Assembly: GCA_000320545.1 (NCBI GenBank)
Contig: ADNK01002379.1
Span: 77,202-141,201, forward strand
Reading direction: 5' to 3'
Origin: Bigelowiella natans CCMP2755
Taxonomy: Eukaryota; Protista; Cercozoa
DNA length: 64,000 bases
Shown here piece after piece: positions 27,572-40,492 of the stretch. A program made the translations under genes and the position numbers. Under the pieces are notes generated by a model. That model worked only from the letters and a program-made list of their open reading frames with translations, ran no database searches and was not told where the DNA came from. The stretch's first letter is position 1. Every line of letters starts with the position of its first letter.

Positions 27572-29414
27572 TCCCCCCCCCCCTCCATCCCCCCACCCCC
27601 CATATTCCTTCTCCTTCTCTGTCTCTGGTCCTCAAAGGTCATCGGCAAGCTTGCACAGGTACGAGTATGGTGGCGCGATCGTGTCGCTTGGTGGGAGAGA
27701 GACTTCCTGGAGGAGCAGAAGAGACCGTACAAGCGCGTAAAGCGAGGTTAATCCTTCTTCACTCCCTTGATTCGCCAAGGCAGATAACGACTGAGCACAA
27801 TGGTTTTATAATACATTTATAGGTGGGTTTGGCTTCGGTGTAGGGTCTGCTAGGTCCTCGGGGTTTGGTGGAGGAAGTGGAGGTGGATTTGGTGGAGGAG
27901 GAGGAGGTGGATTTGGTGGAGGAAGTGGAGGTGGATTTGGCGGAGGAAGTGGAGGAGGAGGAGGTGCATTTGGCGGTGGAAGTGGAGGTGGATTTGGTGG
28001 AGGAGGAGGAGGAGGAGGAGGAGGCGGATTTGGCGGAGGAAGTGGAGGTAACTCAAACTTTGGTGGAGGAGCTGTTAGATCCTCGGGGTTTGGCGGAGGA
28101 GGTAACTCCAACTTTTAAGTGGTTTCGACCGAACATATATTGAATGAACATAATGTTTATGATACTACATATAACAGCTCCTTCCTACGCTCCTACGTCT
28201 CCTGCCTACGCTCCTATGTCTCTTTCATACGCTCCTACTTCTCCTTCATACACCCCTACTTCTCCTTCATACACCCCTACTTCTCCTTCATACACCCCTA
28301 CTTCTCCTTCATACACCCCTACTTCTCCTTCATACGGTCCCACGGCTCCTTCATACAGCGCCACGTCTCCTTCCTACAGCCCAACGTCTCCCTCTTACAC
28401 ACCGCATTCATCGAGCAACAACAATAGCGTCGGTTCTGGGGACAACGTAATCAAGCTTTCCTCTTACACCGTAAAAAACGCAAACGCCTCCGTGCTGCTG
28501 ATGCGAAATGCCCTCGAAAAGGGAGGACTTGCTGAGGCAATGGGCGCTTTTGACTGCGAGCGGAGGAAAGATGGTTTCAAGGCGAGTGCCGCGCCCAGCT
28601 TCTACTTCGCCTGTGCTTCCTTCCTCTTCGAGCAGGCGCGCGGAGTGGGGGTGAAAAGCGGTGTGGCAATGGATGAGGAGAAAGAGGAGGTTAAGAAGGG
28701 TGGTGCGAACCGGAGGCGAGCAACTCCACCGAATGGCTCTGTCCCCGCCCCCCTGCTCCAAAAGGCGGCGTTACAGGTAATTCTCTCTCCGTTAGAACTG
28801 GGACTAGAAGACCCCGTCCTGCTGCGTCTAGTGGCATACCGCCTCCAGATTGAGTCGGAACAAGCGAAGAACGGCAGCTGCAGCAGCAACACCTCGAAAA
28901 GCGACTGCTACGATAGCGGAGAAATGGCTACGGTCATAGCACAGGTGGCGTTAAGTCTTTTCGAGCGCATCAAAGTTCTGAGGCCAGAAGAGCCTCAGTC
29001 GTATCGAGACTTGGCGCTATGCTTGTCCGACAAGGCCTTGCGGATGGCCAATAAAGCTGCGGCTAATGAAGGCGACAAAGACAGCGACGGTGATAGCTGC
29101 GAGCGCAAAGAGGTGCGCCGCATCGTTGCGAGGGCTCTAAGTCTCTTCGCGCGTGTGGTTACGGGTAAATGGGATAAACGCTTCATAGAGATCGAAGTCA
29201 CAACGCTGATGGAGTTGAACGCCTTTGTTCATAGAATGCGCACGTTGCATCCCTGGATTGAGAAGGGGGTGCGAGGCGGCGGGCCCAACGGAGAGAGGAC
29301 GGCTAATATTTTTGCCTTGGATCAACGAACGGATATCCGCGAGAAAATCCCCAAGGAATTCCTTCGGAACTTGCCGTGTGATTTACGTGTCTCCCTTGGG
29401 TGCGAAAAGCGATT

Positions 29415-29447
<33 letters not shown>

Positions 29448-29693
29448 GCGCCTTGCATACTGGTATATACCGGCCTAGGAGAATAATCGAGAGTTCTTTC
29501 TCCCTCTCCCCCTCTCTTTTCCTCTTCATCATCATCATCGGCATCATCAGCAGCAGCATCATTATCCATTATTCACACGCGACCATTCAGTTCTGCTGTG
29601 TTCTAATTATTCGTCATGAAATGATTCTCCTCTCCCTTTGCTATCCTGTCTTCTCGCAAATGACACACGCACACACACACGCACCATTAGATG

Positions 29694-29728
<35 letters not shown>

Positions 29729-30350
29729 CACATATATGCTAATTTATAAATGATTTCAGCTGGGACACAGATATGACCGACATTGACCTGCATGTCATAG
29801 AGCCAAGCGGCGAAGAAGCTTATTATTCCAACAGGAGAACTCACATCGGCGGCCAAGTTTCAAGAGATTTTGTTTCAGGTGAAAAAGAGAGCAACAAAGA
29901 GCTGCTTTCTTAGAGTCTGAATATTTTTCGAATACACAAGACGACAATGATGATTGCAATGATGATTATGGTGACAATAACTGCGATGGTGATGATGATG
30001 ATGATGACGGCAGCATTGAGACAGGGTAGGCACACTCATATAACGGATATTTGGCAATCGTAAGCCATAATGTCCAATCGACGAAAATAATAATCCACGT
30101 TCACACCCTCTTTTCTATCTGCCTCCTTGGGAGGGATTCTATGTGCGAAGTTGACAGGGTTTAATATTTTCTTTTCCATTCCTCTTTTTTCAAAAGGATA
30201 TGGGCCCGAGGAGTATATGATCAAGAGTGCGATTGGAGGAAAGTACCTGATAAAGGTTACTGCTGCCTGCATAGCTTGTTGTTATGTCTGCAATTTTGGA
30301 ACCCTCCCCTCCCCTTCACCTCCCGAGAGTTTTCTGCTTGTGCTGCTGCT

Positions 30351-30387
<37 letters not shown>

Positions 30388-30773
30388 CTCGCTCTCTCTA
30401 CTTGTCCCCGCACCGTTTTCGACGATATTGTCTTTTACCTAAATCGAATCTTCTGATGTACTGAGTTGGGTGATTTGAATGTGGCTGCTGGGCGTTGTTA
30501 TCGTCGATCCATCATACATCTTCCTTACCGCCATCCAGCATACACATCGTTAAAAAACGTCCACGAAGTGATGAACTCATACATTTTAAGGCCAAGTACT
30601 TCTCGTCCCATCGCCAGGATTTCTCTGGAGCAACAACAATTCTACTTCGGCTGACCACCAACTTTGGGCGTTCGAGCGAGAAGAGTCAGGCCATTGCGTT
30701 GCGTCTCGACACGAACAAAGAGATGGTCAAAGTTGGAGAAATCAAGATGCCGACCTTGCCGTGGCAGCAGTAG
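24444..30773 (+). CDS. VIT + vWA-like + DUF2135(YfaP)-domain protein with inserted F-box, Gly/Phe repeats and YxPTSPS heptads
   Basis: VIT: [51 protein letters not shown]-like IWDTSLS and IFTDG. Also [34 protein letters not shown], and C-terminal [31 protein letters not shown]...SRDF...GYGPEEY...KYF. Splice phases checked were consistent. Confidence 0.88.
27824..28105 (+). repeat. Coding Gly-rich GGFGGG repeat exon
   Basis: Repeated GGA TTT GGT GGA GGA units in a phase-1/phase-1 exon, in frame with the flanking exons. Confidence 0.8.
28186..28410 (+). repeat. Coding 21-bp tandem repeat giving about 11 Y(S/T/A)PTSPS heptads
   Basis: TACACCCCTACTTCTCCTTCA x4 perfect copies plus degenerate copies, in ORF 28144-29418. 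Confidence 0.92.
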
Positions 30774-31437
30774 AAATGAAAGAGAGAAATCCACAAAAAT
30801 GGTGTAGCGATCGAGCGAGCCATCGCAGTGCCAACATGTTTAGATGTCATCGTCGCTAAGAAAGCTGATGCGACAACGTGTTCATCAAATGAATAGCTAG
30901 ATGACTCATTGTGCCGCGCTGTCGGAGCTGTCTTCGCAAAATTTAGGCATACTGGATTGTAGCGCAACACTGAGCATGCTAGCATGCAAATGGCGCGCTC
31001 GCGTGTGGAGGTCATTGTGTGGTCGCACATCTCTACTTCTCGGCTGCATCTTAGGCATTCAAATGCGTGCAATGCAAGCAAATGCAGGCCTCGATTCGTA
31101 ACAAGGCTGATCCCTTGCAGTGCGTTCAATCGCGTGCGCACCAAGCTAGCAAGAGATCAAAGAAAGCAAAAAAAACTTCCGAAAGCGTAGCAACACTGTG
31201 AGAGAACAACGCGAGATGATGATGGTGATGACTTAAATGTTGAAGGTTAGATTGGTGACACGTGCCTGTTTGGTTCGTCCCGCCACTAGCATCAAAGTAC
31301 TTTGGAGGATCTTCCTAATGGCTAATGGCATCTGTCACCGCAGACACTTCTATTTTCATTGAAGACCAACACTTGATTTCTACTCGTTAGGATCTGAAAA
31401 ATGAACCAAAAACGACAGACATCAGGAAGGAGAGAGG

Positions 31438-31478
<41 letters not shown>

Positions 31479-31540
31479 ATTGGCTAGATTGGTAATCCCT
31501 GCGCAGTCGTGCTAGAATAAATACACATACATGCTGACGA

Positions 31541-32637
31541 TTAATTTTTGTTCTCACTTGTGAACTTGAACTTCGAAGTGCCAGCAAGGCTCATGATAGT
31601 GTCGAAAATACCGAACTGTCCTGCAGTCAAGGACCCAATCATGGCACACCGCGCCCCAAGACCAGTGACGCAGAGCTTCACAAATCCTGTCTCGTAGGCT
31701 AGACGTCCAAGACGGGTTATGAGGGTTCCTTCTCCAACGGCCCCCTCCTTGTTGATGAGGAAGAGCAGGGTGTCTGCGGGGTGAGAGATGATAGCAGAAG
31801 CCACACCTGCAATTGCACCAGAGGAAAGAGAAATTGCGAGCTTGGTTCTTTCAGAAGCAGTGTTGGTGTTGACTCCAGTTGCTGAAAAGGAGAAGGGTAA
31901 GAAGGATGACGTTCATAACGGAGGAGAGGATCGATGAATTCCCAAAGTTTAAAACTAGAGCCACTTCTAGTACTAAGACTAATACCTGCACAAATGTTCT
32001 CAACTGCAACACCCTGTACGGTAAACTTAGCCATGGTGTAAGGAATCTGCTTCAGGAGTATAGGGCCGAATCCAGAGTAGAAACCCTTAATAAGACCGTC
32101 TTCTGATAGGATCTTAGGCAATGCACTAATAACACCGCTGGCGTATTCAGGGTTGGAAACCAGACGGATACGGGTTGTCTCAAGCGGACAGAGGAAGATG
32201 TCCGTAATAAATTCAGTACAAATAGCTGCTCCGAGGTAGATTGGAATGCGAAGCTCCCACGCCCTCGCCTCTCCGAGTTGCTGGGCGAAGTTGATCTTGA
32301 AGAACTCAACACCTCCAAATTTGAACCATCCCTGTAAGAAGTATCCAACGACCGTAGGACCAAGACCAATGGTTAGAGCACTAACTCCTTCTTCAGCGAT
32401 GACCTGACGGAATCCAGCGATCATGCTCTCTCTGTAATTGAGGGCAATCCTCGTCTTTACGACGTCTACAGGGTGTAAGGCTCCGTGTGTGATTGAGCAG
32501 CAGATACCTCCAGCAAAAGCACCTTGGAGAAAGTAGGTGAGGTCAAAAGAGCCCTGGCTCTTCTTTCCGTGAATGTTAGGCCTTGGGATCATCATTGATG
32601 CAAGAAGGGGTGCGGTCATCGACGTATCTGGAAACAC
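31541..32637 (-). CDS. Mitochondrial phosphate carrier (SLC25A3/MIR1 family), one intron at about 31882-31987
   Basis: GGICCSITHGALHPVDVVKTRI, GYFLQGWFKFGGVEFFK, FLCPLETTRIRLVS, GPILLKQIPYTMAKF, SHPADTLL, MIGSLTAGQFGIFD. Start uncertain: GTG at 32637 or ATG at 32619. Confidence 0.9.
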
Positions 32638-33000
32638 GGATGCAGGAGTAAGCAGATTTGCAATAATCCATGATCCAGGACATGTTTATAAGTCCGGCTT
32701 TAATGAGAACATTTACTCTTGCGACTACCGTGTTATCTCAAAAAAAGGGAAGAAATCCTGGAGGGAAAATATTTGTTCTACTGCCCACCATCATCGAAAA
32801 ATGACACCTCTCGTTGTAACTTCGCATGGAAACCATGTTGGATGTCCACATTTCTCCGTACTTTCTCAATGATAAACGAGAACTACACCCCCCAAAAGAG
32901 TCACATGTTCTTTCGAAAGAGGCGTCACGGGTAAGGCGTGTTCTAGCTGTTTCTGTGTTGTGACCACTGATGAGGACAACCGCGGTGCGTCGTCCATTAT

Positions 33001-33808
33001 GCAAAATCGTGTCTCACTGCGTGCGCACCAAAGCGCAAGACTTCGGCGACAAGGAGGACTGGGACAGGGGAAAATTGTTGCTGAAAGTCTTCCAAATTGG
33101 GCATTGTTGGCGACAAGGTGCGAGACTTTGGCAACAAGCGACAAGGAAGATTTGGACAGAAAAGACAAAAATCGGCAGCAACACAGCGGTGGAATTTCCG
33201 ATCAGCAAAGATCAAAAGCACTGATGGGAGATGGCTTCGCAGCCTTTTCATGAAAAAGTGTAGGGAGGAGATCGGTGAGAAGAGATCTTTCCAAAGCGCT
33301 TTGAAAAATGACATCAAGAGAGGAAACAGTGGCCAGACATTCAAATGAATGAATCTGGCATCAAGGAAAGCTGCCGACCAACACTGCAAGACTGGTCCAG
33401 TGGTCCTCGGTTTTTGTCAATCACGTCTGGACACAGCTAGGCAGGTTTCAACGCGCACTGTCTTGCACCCACGTGAAGTTCAACGTTCAACAATGTTCGT
33501 GAAAGTTGGCCACGTTGACCATCTGATCGACGAGATGCAGGAAGAGACGTGCAAGCATGCCAGCATGCAAAGGTTGCGCACCATGCCAGCGTGGTGATTG
33601 GTCAAAAAGGGCAAAACAAAGAAACAGCTCTGGCGTGCACACTTTCGGATCATCAGCTAGAAGGTTGTGCGAAGACTGATCTAGCTGATGTCCAGGATGG
33701 GGCAGTTGCATTGCGATGCATGCGATGCTAGATTGCTCACAGTGATCTCTGGATCTTTTTGCGCACACACCTTCTTTGCACATTGTCATCATTTGCCAAT
33801 CGCAGAAT
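33001..33808. other. TpA-depleted block 1
   Basis: By eye, 1 non-CTAG TpA and 4 CTAG in about 800 bp. Confidence 0.85.
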
Positions 33809-34047
33809 ATTGATTGTGCATGCACCGGCTAGCCGGGCCGTCATAGCAAAGTCGTTGTGCACTAGTACATGCATTGATTGTGATTGTGTGTGCTGTGCCA
33901 AAGTTGATGTATGAAATCATGCAGGTCTTCAGGTTGGTGCACAGTGTGGAAAAAATAAGCACTGCAATCATGTGATGCACCGCATTGAAGCAGGTGTGTT
34001 ATGGGTGGGGATATGTCCCCACGACATGCTCTGAATTCTGCACTGCT

Positions 34048-35740
34048 TCACGCTGTGCAGCTCGTAGTTGCACATAGTGGCTCCTTTGTCACGTTGGACA
34101 AGTTTGTAGTTTCTCCTCTTTGATCGGTGTGCGAGATGAAAATCCAGGAGCCCGAGCCCTCGATCCTGGTCGCCACTCCTGCAAGCAAGGGCTTCCTCCG
34201 ATCGGTAAATCTGCAATAAACCTTTAAAATATGGACATCGTGTTCCGAAATAGAATGATTATCACAACGAATGAAGAAACTCAGAACAAGTATTCTGACG
34301 TTGATTTTCATGCATATTTCATAGCAGATACATCGATGCAATCTTTCTGCAAACCTTGTATCCTTCCTCAATTTTGCGGTGTCAGACGAGAAGAACGCTC
34401 CTTTCATAGGCTTTAAATTGGACACGTCGTTACCGAGTTGCATAATAATATGTACCCACACAAATAAAAAATTGTTACCATAATCAAAGGCGGGACAACT
34501 GCAAGACGTCTCAGAACGTGCGGAAAGAACGATCGATATCTCTCCGTGAACGGCTTCACACAGGCATCATCCACATTTTCCCTGTCCAGGACTGAAAACC
34601 AGTCATCTGACCAAATAAGCATATCACCATTCGTGTTGTAGACGACTCATAGGGTAAGCAGCCACATAATATACATTACACCCATAATAACATGTATGTA
34701 TACTATTTATTTGTGTATGTCCATCATCGTTGTTTTTATCATCCTCCTCCTCCTCCTCCTCCTCATTATCCTCCGCCTCATCATCGTCATCCTTTGTACT
34801 TATCATAATAAATACCAAGGCCAATCATATTTTTTAAGCCGTCTGCGTTCAAGAGTTTTCTCGCCCCTGAAAACACCAATGATATCATTATTCAAGTATT
34901 TGTATGCAAGAAAGCTGCTCAATAGACTACGAAAGTTAAGAAATAAAATGGATGGTATTTTTCTTGGCTGAACTGAAGATTTTCGAGAAATAGCCTATTT
35001 TTCGCGTGTTAACATGCTCCTCAGATCCCTTTCGCCTTTTACCATTGAGGGTCAGGATGTAAGCCACTGTCCAGTAGCTGAAACCAGGAATGCAGAGAGA
35101 CTTGGAAAGTCTTTGTATATCAAAAGATACAGGATACCTGGACAGATATAGCAGATCCCACGTGCCGCTATTGCACGCCTCGTCGACTACTTCGCGTACG
35201 GCTTGCTTGAACGCGGGCGGGTTTACTATCTCAAAATCGTCTTCTAGGATGACCGCATATGGAATATTGTGTTCGTGCATGTAGAGCCAAATAGAGTAAT
35301 GTGACATGAAGCAGCCAGCCTCTCCTGTGGTGAGGCCGATCGGGTGCATATTATGCCCTACATACCTGCACGTCGAAGGTATTCGTGGAAGGATGTTAGT
35401 TAATACGGGAAATACGGAGGCAAACAGACATTTGGAGGGCATGGTAGAGACCAGGAACAATGCGCCCAATTGAACGAAATTGATGAGATGGGTCTATTCG
35501 TATCACGGATGCTGTGCTATTTTGAAAAAGCAGGCTGCTCTTTCACGCGAGTAGTACCCAGGAAATACACCGGCGTCCTTATCGTGCAGACTTTTCTGCG
35601 TAACGATCCCGTCGCCATCGACTGCGTTCACAATATAGCTCTCGCCTGCAGTCAAACCGCACTCCAATATCTGACTGTAGTGGAACAAAGGGAACGTTAA
35701 ACATAAGCCAGAAGGGACGGGAAAAGGAGGGTGGCGAAGA

Positions 35741-35791
<51 letters not shown>

Positions 35792-36697
35792 TTATATATA
35801 TGATCAATAGTATCATAGATTGCCTCAAGCATTAACTTACCGAATGGCGTGGTCGCGCTTCGAAGGCCGCCGTTCAAGGCTAACGACAAATATATTTCTT
35901 AATGGATCATTTGCTGCTGCTGCTGGCGATGGCATGTCCTCTGCTTTTCGTCGACTGTCTCTGATTCTAATTAGATCTCCCTCTTTCTTTGGATCAGTTG
36001 ATAAATGGGGGAATCTCTGAAGTCGTTGCTTTGCGCGCCGCTTCCACTCGTTCTGCCTTCTTTCGTCCGCGCCATCCCACTCGCGTCTATTGAAGGGGGA
36101 AATCAGTAGAAGGATGAGTGAAGTTTTTAAAGCCAGCGCGGCTGTAATTTTTGAGTGAGCAAGCGTGTTCGGCTACTATCATATTGTGCCCGTATAATGG
36201 GGGAGGACGGTGATCCTACCTGGCCAATATATCCTCCGGATTCTCTCCGAGGTACTGCATATCACGTTCCTTAAACGTCTGAGGCGGGGAAGGCAGTCTT
36301 TGCATGAGAAATATGAATATTATACACGAGGAAAATGTTCTTGAAATATTTCAACTCCCCTGGAAAAGAGGGTTTGATGCCAAGTAACCTCGTAAAGCCT
36401 CATCGTCTGGAGAAAGCTATCCTCTTCTGGAGTGATGCTCCCCGTGAGGCCGAGCGTTAGATGGCGTTGGCTTTGGCTTTGGAGTGGATGCTGGTTGGGA
36501 TCATGATCGTCGCCGCCATAATATTTGAATTCGTCTCTCCCTAGCAGTCCCCCTCTTTCTGAAACTATAGCCCGGTAGGCTTTTCCCTTGCAGATTACTG
36601 CAACGATCACCAGCAAAATCCATGAAAACAACAGCTTCCGGATATGAAGTCCCCAGCTCTTATACCTTTGAAGGGAGGTATAAACCCGTCTATCCAT
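34048..36697 (-). CDS. Glycosyltransferase family 25 (Lex2B/procollagen galactosyltransferase-like), type II membrane protein
   Basis: N-terminal TM (LLFSWILLVIVAVIC), IFVVSLERRPSKR, NAVDG, LTTGEAGCFMSHYSIW, AVILEDD, WDLLYL, YWTVAYILT. The 3' end is approximate. Confidence 0.85.
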
Positions 36698-36981
36698 GTC
36701 TCAGAGGATCCATTCAGGCAGATGGCCCAGCCCTTCCTTGTTGGTCGGCCAGAACGCACAAGAACGCGGAAGGGGAGTGGCCGAGCGCAGCTGCCATGCT
36801 TCTACAGCGACATGGGAAGGCACGCTGGGCTAAGGTGTTTTCGCAACAATTCCTATTCCTGCGACAACAATTTCAATACTTCCCAATTTTGCCGAAAGTG
36901 TGAAAATGAGGACTGCTTCTTAAATGATCGCAATGCATAACCGTTGTCGCAGGAGTAAACGGGCCAACACAACTACCGGTA

Positions 36982-38159
36982 GACAAGAAGAAATTGTTTT
37001 GCAAGGCAAACTGCAGTTGACGAAGGAATTTGCTCAGGGGGAGGGGTGGGTCGTTGAGCACAGGGGATGCTCACAACCTTTCAGAAACGTGATCATGAAG
37101 AAATTTCCTCCCCCCCTCCTCCCAAGTCTCTCTTCATGATCACTTGAACGTTTCCTCGAATGAGCAATGATGTCACGTCCCTTCTCAACTGTGCGCTGAG
37201 GTGTGTCGATCAAACACCCACAGCGTTGGGGATCTAGTCACACACGGTCAAAACTTGCATGAAGTCTCAACCCCCCCCCACCTCCCTCACAATCATGTCA
37301 CATGAGTCCCTAGGTTCACAGTCGAACCCAAGAGCAGAATCACAAGGTTGCAATCTTGCAACCGGAACTGATGGGTGTGTCAAGTGCCTGCAGTCTTGCA
37401 AAATTGAATTTGACAACCTTCCTCCATCCCCCCCCCCTTCTCACTGTCCCACCTTGCCACGGGAGGTTCCTGCTCAACGCAGAACCTTGACACATCATCA
37501 GTCATGCATGCGAGCAGCGCACCTGTGACCGTTCTGAGCTGGTTGCAAAAGCGGTTTTTGAGCGCACTGGAAGACTGGAAGTCACCAGGAGCTCGTCAGA
37601 GTCCACCAGAGTTGGCCACAAAGGAAAGAAAGAAAAATTCTTGAAAAGCAATTGAAGGATGAAAGTGAAAAAGAAGTTGAGGAGGCAAAAGAAAAAGTCA
37701 ACAAGGTTGAAGAAACCCCAAAGGTTGCAAAAGCCCTTCCAGCCTTGCAATGCACGGAATGCAACGTGAGAATGGTTGGGGGAAGAAAAGGTTGCAACAA
37801 GTTGTTGTGAAATGATGGACACAGCAATGCACAATGTGCATTGCACACATGGTGCATTGCACGTCCATCATTGAAGTCCAGGAAGTGCAGAGCGTGATGC
37901 GAAGCAAAGAAGACACGAGAAAGCCGTGCGGACACAGGCAAAACTTGTCACGGGCTCACTTTTCATGGTGAGAACAGAAGAGGTTTGGGTGAAGTTGAAG
38001 TTCCTGAGGGCTGCAGCACGTTCCCTGCTGTCGTCGAGAACGCATTTGCAGGTGGCAGACCATGCTAGCATGCATGCTGAAAGCAAAAGGCGGTCTTTTG
38101 GAGGAGAAATTTCCTCGGAAATCTTTGGTGCTCGTCATGAACCAGCAGCTACGAGCTGA
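36982..38159 (+). pseudogene. TpA-depleted block 2 containing a spliced-gene-like relic with no Tyr codons
   Basis: Only 3 TpA in 36982-38148, all in CTAG. Exon-like charged segments end at GTGAG donors. The composition is certain; the pseudogene reading is inferred. Confidence 0.5.
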
Positions 38160-38691
38160 AATCGCAAGCTCGGAGCTGCCGACGCACCAGCTTTCATCAC
38201 AGAGCGAGCATTTGAAGACTTGCTGAGTTCTGCCCAGCCCAACTCCACAATAGACATAGTAATAGCATATATAATATATGCATGATATTACGTTAATGTC
38301 TATATGTGATGTTACGTGTCTATAATCTCCCGTTTGCACAGACAAAACATGCAGGAGTGGCTACAAGATCGCGAGTGTCCATGCTGGCTGGCATGCAGGG
38401 TTGTTGGGCAGAGGTGTGGGGCGCTGTGTCGTCCCAAGCTAGCAAGTGCCACAAGAGGCAAGTGTGACAATGCAGCAATCATGAGTGAGAGCAGCACGCA
38501 GCGTTTGGCATGTTTTCAATTTGAGATGCTCAAATTGTGCGCCTGCTGGCCAAGTGCGCGCGCGCAGACTCGCCAAAGCAGGGCTCACATGCGTGCAGCA
38601 CCAGCCAGTGTTAGCATCACGCATGCATGTGCACACATCGCACACATGGCCAAGACACGCGAGGCATTAACTGCAAGGACGAAATCAATCT

Positions 38692-38885
38692 TGATCGACA
38701 TCGTCGACGACATCGCTGTTGATCGCTCAAAGTTGACATCGTCGACGAGGTAGCATTTTGTCGACGATCAATCGCTTGACGTCGATTTTGTCGACGAAAT
38801 GGCCATTTCGTCGACGATGTTGACCTGAAAAGCAAAAAAGCTATTTCATCGATGTCGTAGTGCTATTAGACGGCGACATCGACGT
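38692..38885. repeat. GTCGAC-rich inverted-repeat cluster including a perfect 26-bp palindrome (38790-38815)
   Basis: GTCGACGAAATGG|CCATTTCGTCGAC, plus repeated ACATCGTCGACGA in both orientations. Confidence 0.85.
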
Positions 38886-39505
38886 GAAGTGCACTGCCAC
38901 GTGTGCGTGCACGCTCAGTAGGCGTGGCCATCTTTGTGCAAGCCTCCAGGTTCATGACAGGTTCATGACAAGTGCAAAACGTCACGCCGAATCTGTGCGT
39001 CAACTCATGCATCCAATTGTGCCGCTTGAACAAATACGCACCTAGAGTGCATTTGCCACAAACTAGCTTCGGTCTACATGCTTCTGTGGAACAAAGGTAA
39101 ATTATGTCACAATTCATTTTCATTTGATTTCGAGTCCACAATCTGCTCAAGCGAGTAGAATTATGTTCCTTCCTGTCGCTTCGCATTTCAGCTGTTTCTG
39201 TTTTTTTGTGCTACTTGAGAAGTTCCCTTCTTTGGTGGTCTTTCTTCACCAACCCATTGCCTCTAAGCTCCATGCCTTTCATCATCTTGCCTAGTACATT
39301 GATCTCGGTTTTGAATAGCCTTTCGCAGGATTCCGTGGGTGAATTAAAATGCTGTGCTCTTGTAAAGCACTGCACTGCGGCAAATCGCTGCATTGTCTTC
39401 ACGCGCTGTGTTGTCGTGCTCTTTCGGTAAGAAAGCTGCCGCGATTGTCCACCCGGATTCGGCGATGGCTCTCCATTGGTGTCAATGACTTTCTGTTTGA
39501 GTACA

Positions 39506-39543
<38 letters not shown>

Positions 39544-39574
39544 TAATGTTTCATATATATAATATATGATATTT

Positions 39575-39643
<69 letters not shown>

Positions 39644-39699
39644 ACATCGTCGTCAAATAGCATAACAAACATCGTTAGTTCTGCCGGTCAGTTCCCAAC

Positions 39700-40450
39700 A
39701 AGTTAATGAAAGTCTTTCGTCCCCTCCCCCCCCTCCCCCAAAAAGCTCACCACAAACACAAACGAACACAACCAGACCGCAACAGGTGACAGGAGCTGAG
39801 GTTTCCGCCCACGAAAGATTGAAACATTAGTTAAGATTTTATCATAAAAAATCATTAGTTTTTGAAACCTTTTCTCGAAGTTGATCTTCCAGGGCAACAC
39901 AGTTTCTTGGGGAAGATGAGATCTTACGACCGAGCAGGGGCGTGGACAGAGGCCCTTTCGGCGGCGAAGCATTGCTTGCTGTCTTATCCTCTAGTTGATC
40001 TACTGGGGCGTCACAGTTTCTTAAGGAGGATGGCAGCTTGCGACTGAGTAAGGGCGTGGACAGAGGCGCTTTCTGCGGCGGGGCATTGCTTGCTGTCGCA
40101 TCGTCTCCGACGACGACAATTCTGCACCTTGCAACTTTTTTATGCAAGGACCGACAGTTTTGTGTTAGACCTTCATCCAATCTAAAGTGAAGCAATAAGG
40201 CTGCAAGTGAGAATATCGAATCTCTTCGTCACGGCACTCATACATCCCTATTCTCATGTTCTCATCAGTTGTGTTGAACTGTCGTTGCTGCTGATCCTCT
40301 TGCTAATTCTTCACTTCTTTATTAAAACAAATCACATTCGCATCGGTCCGATAAAAAGGGATGTATGTATTCCTTCGGGCTTACGCTATTCTATTACCTA
40401 GAAGTTGAAACCAGCGGCTCTTTCTTGAACATAACACGCTGGTGACAAAA

Positions 40451-40492
<42 letters not shown>

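Noticed and set aside
27806-28111. Pro-rich minus-strand ORF (formin/extensin-like)
   Set aside because: Antisense shadow of the Gly-rich exon.
28144-29418. RPB1 gene call from the heptads
   Set aside because: The flanking sequence is VIT/DUF2135-type, and no polymerase domains occur in the window.
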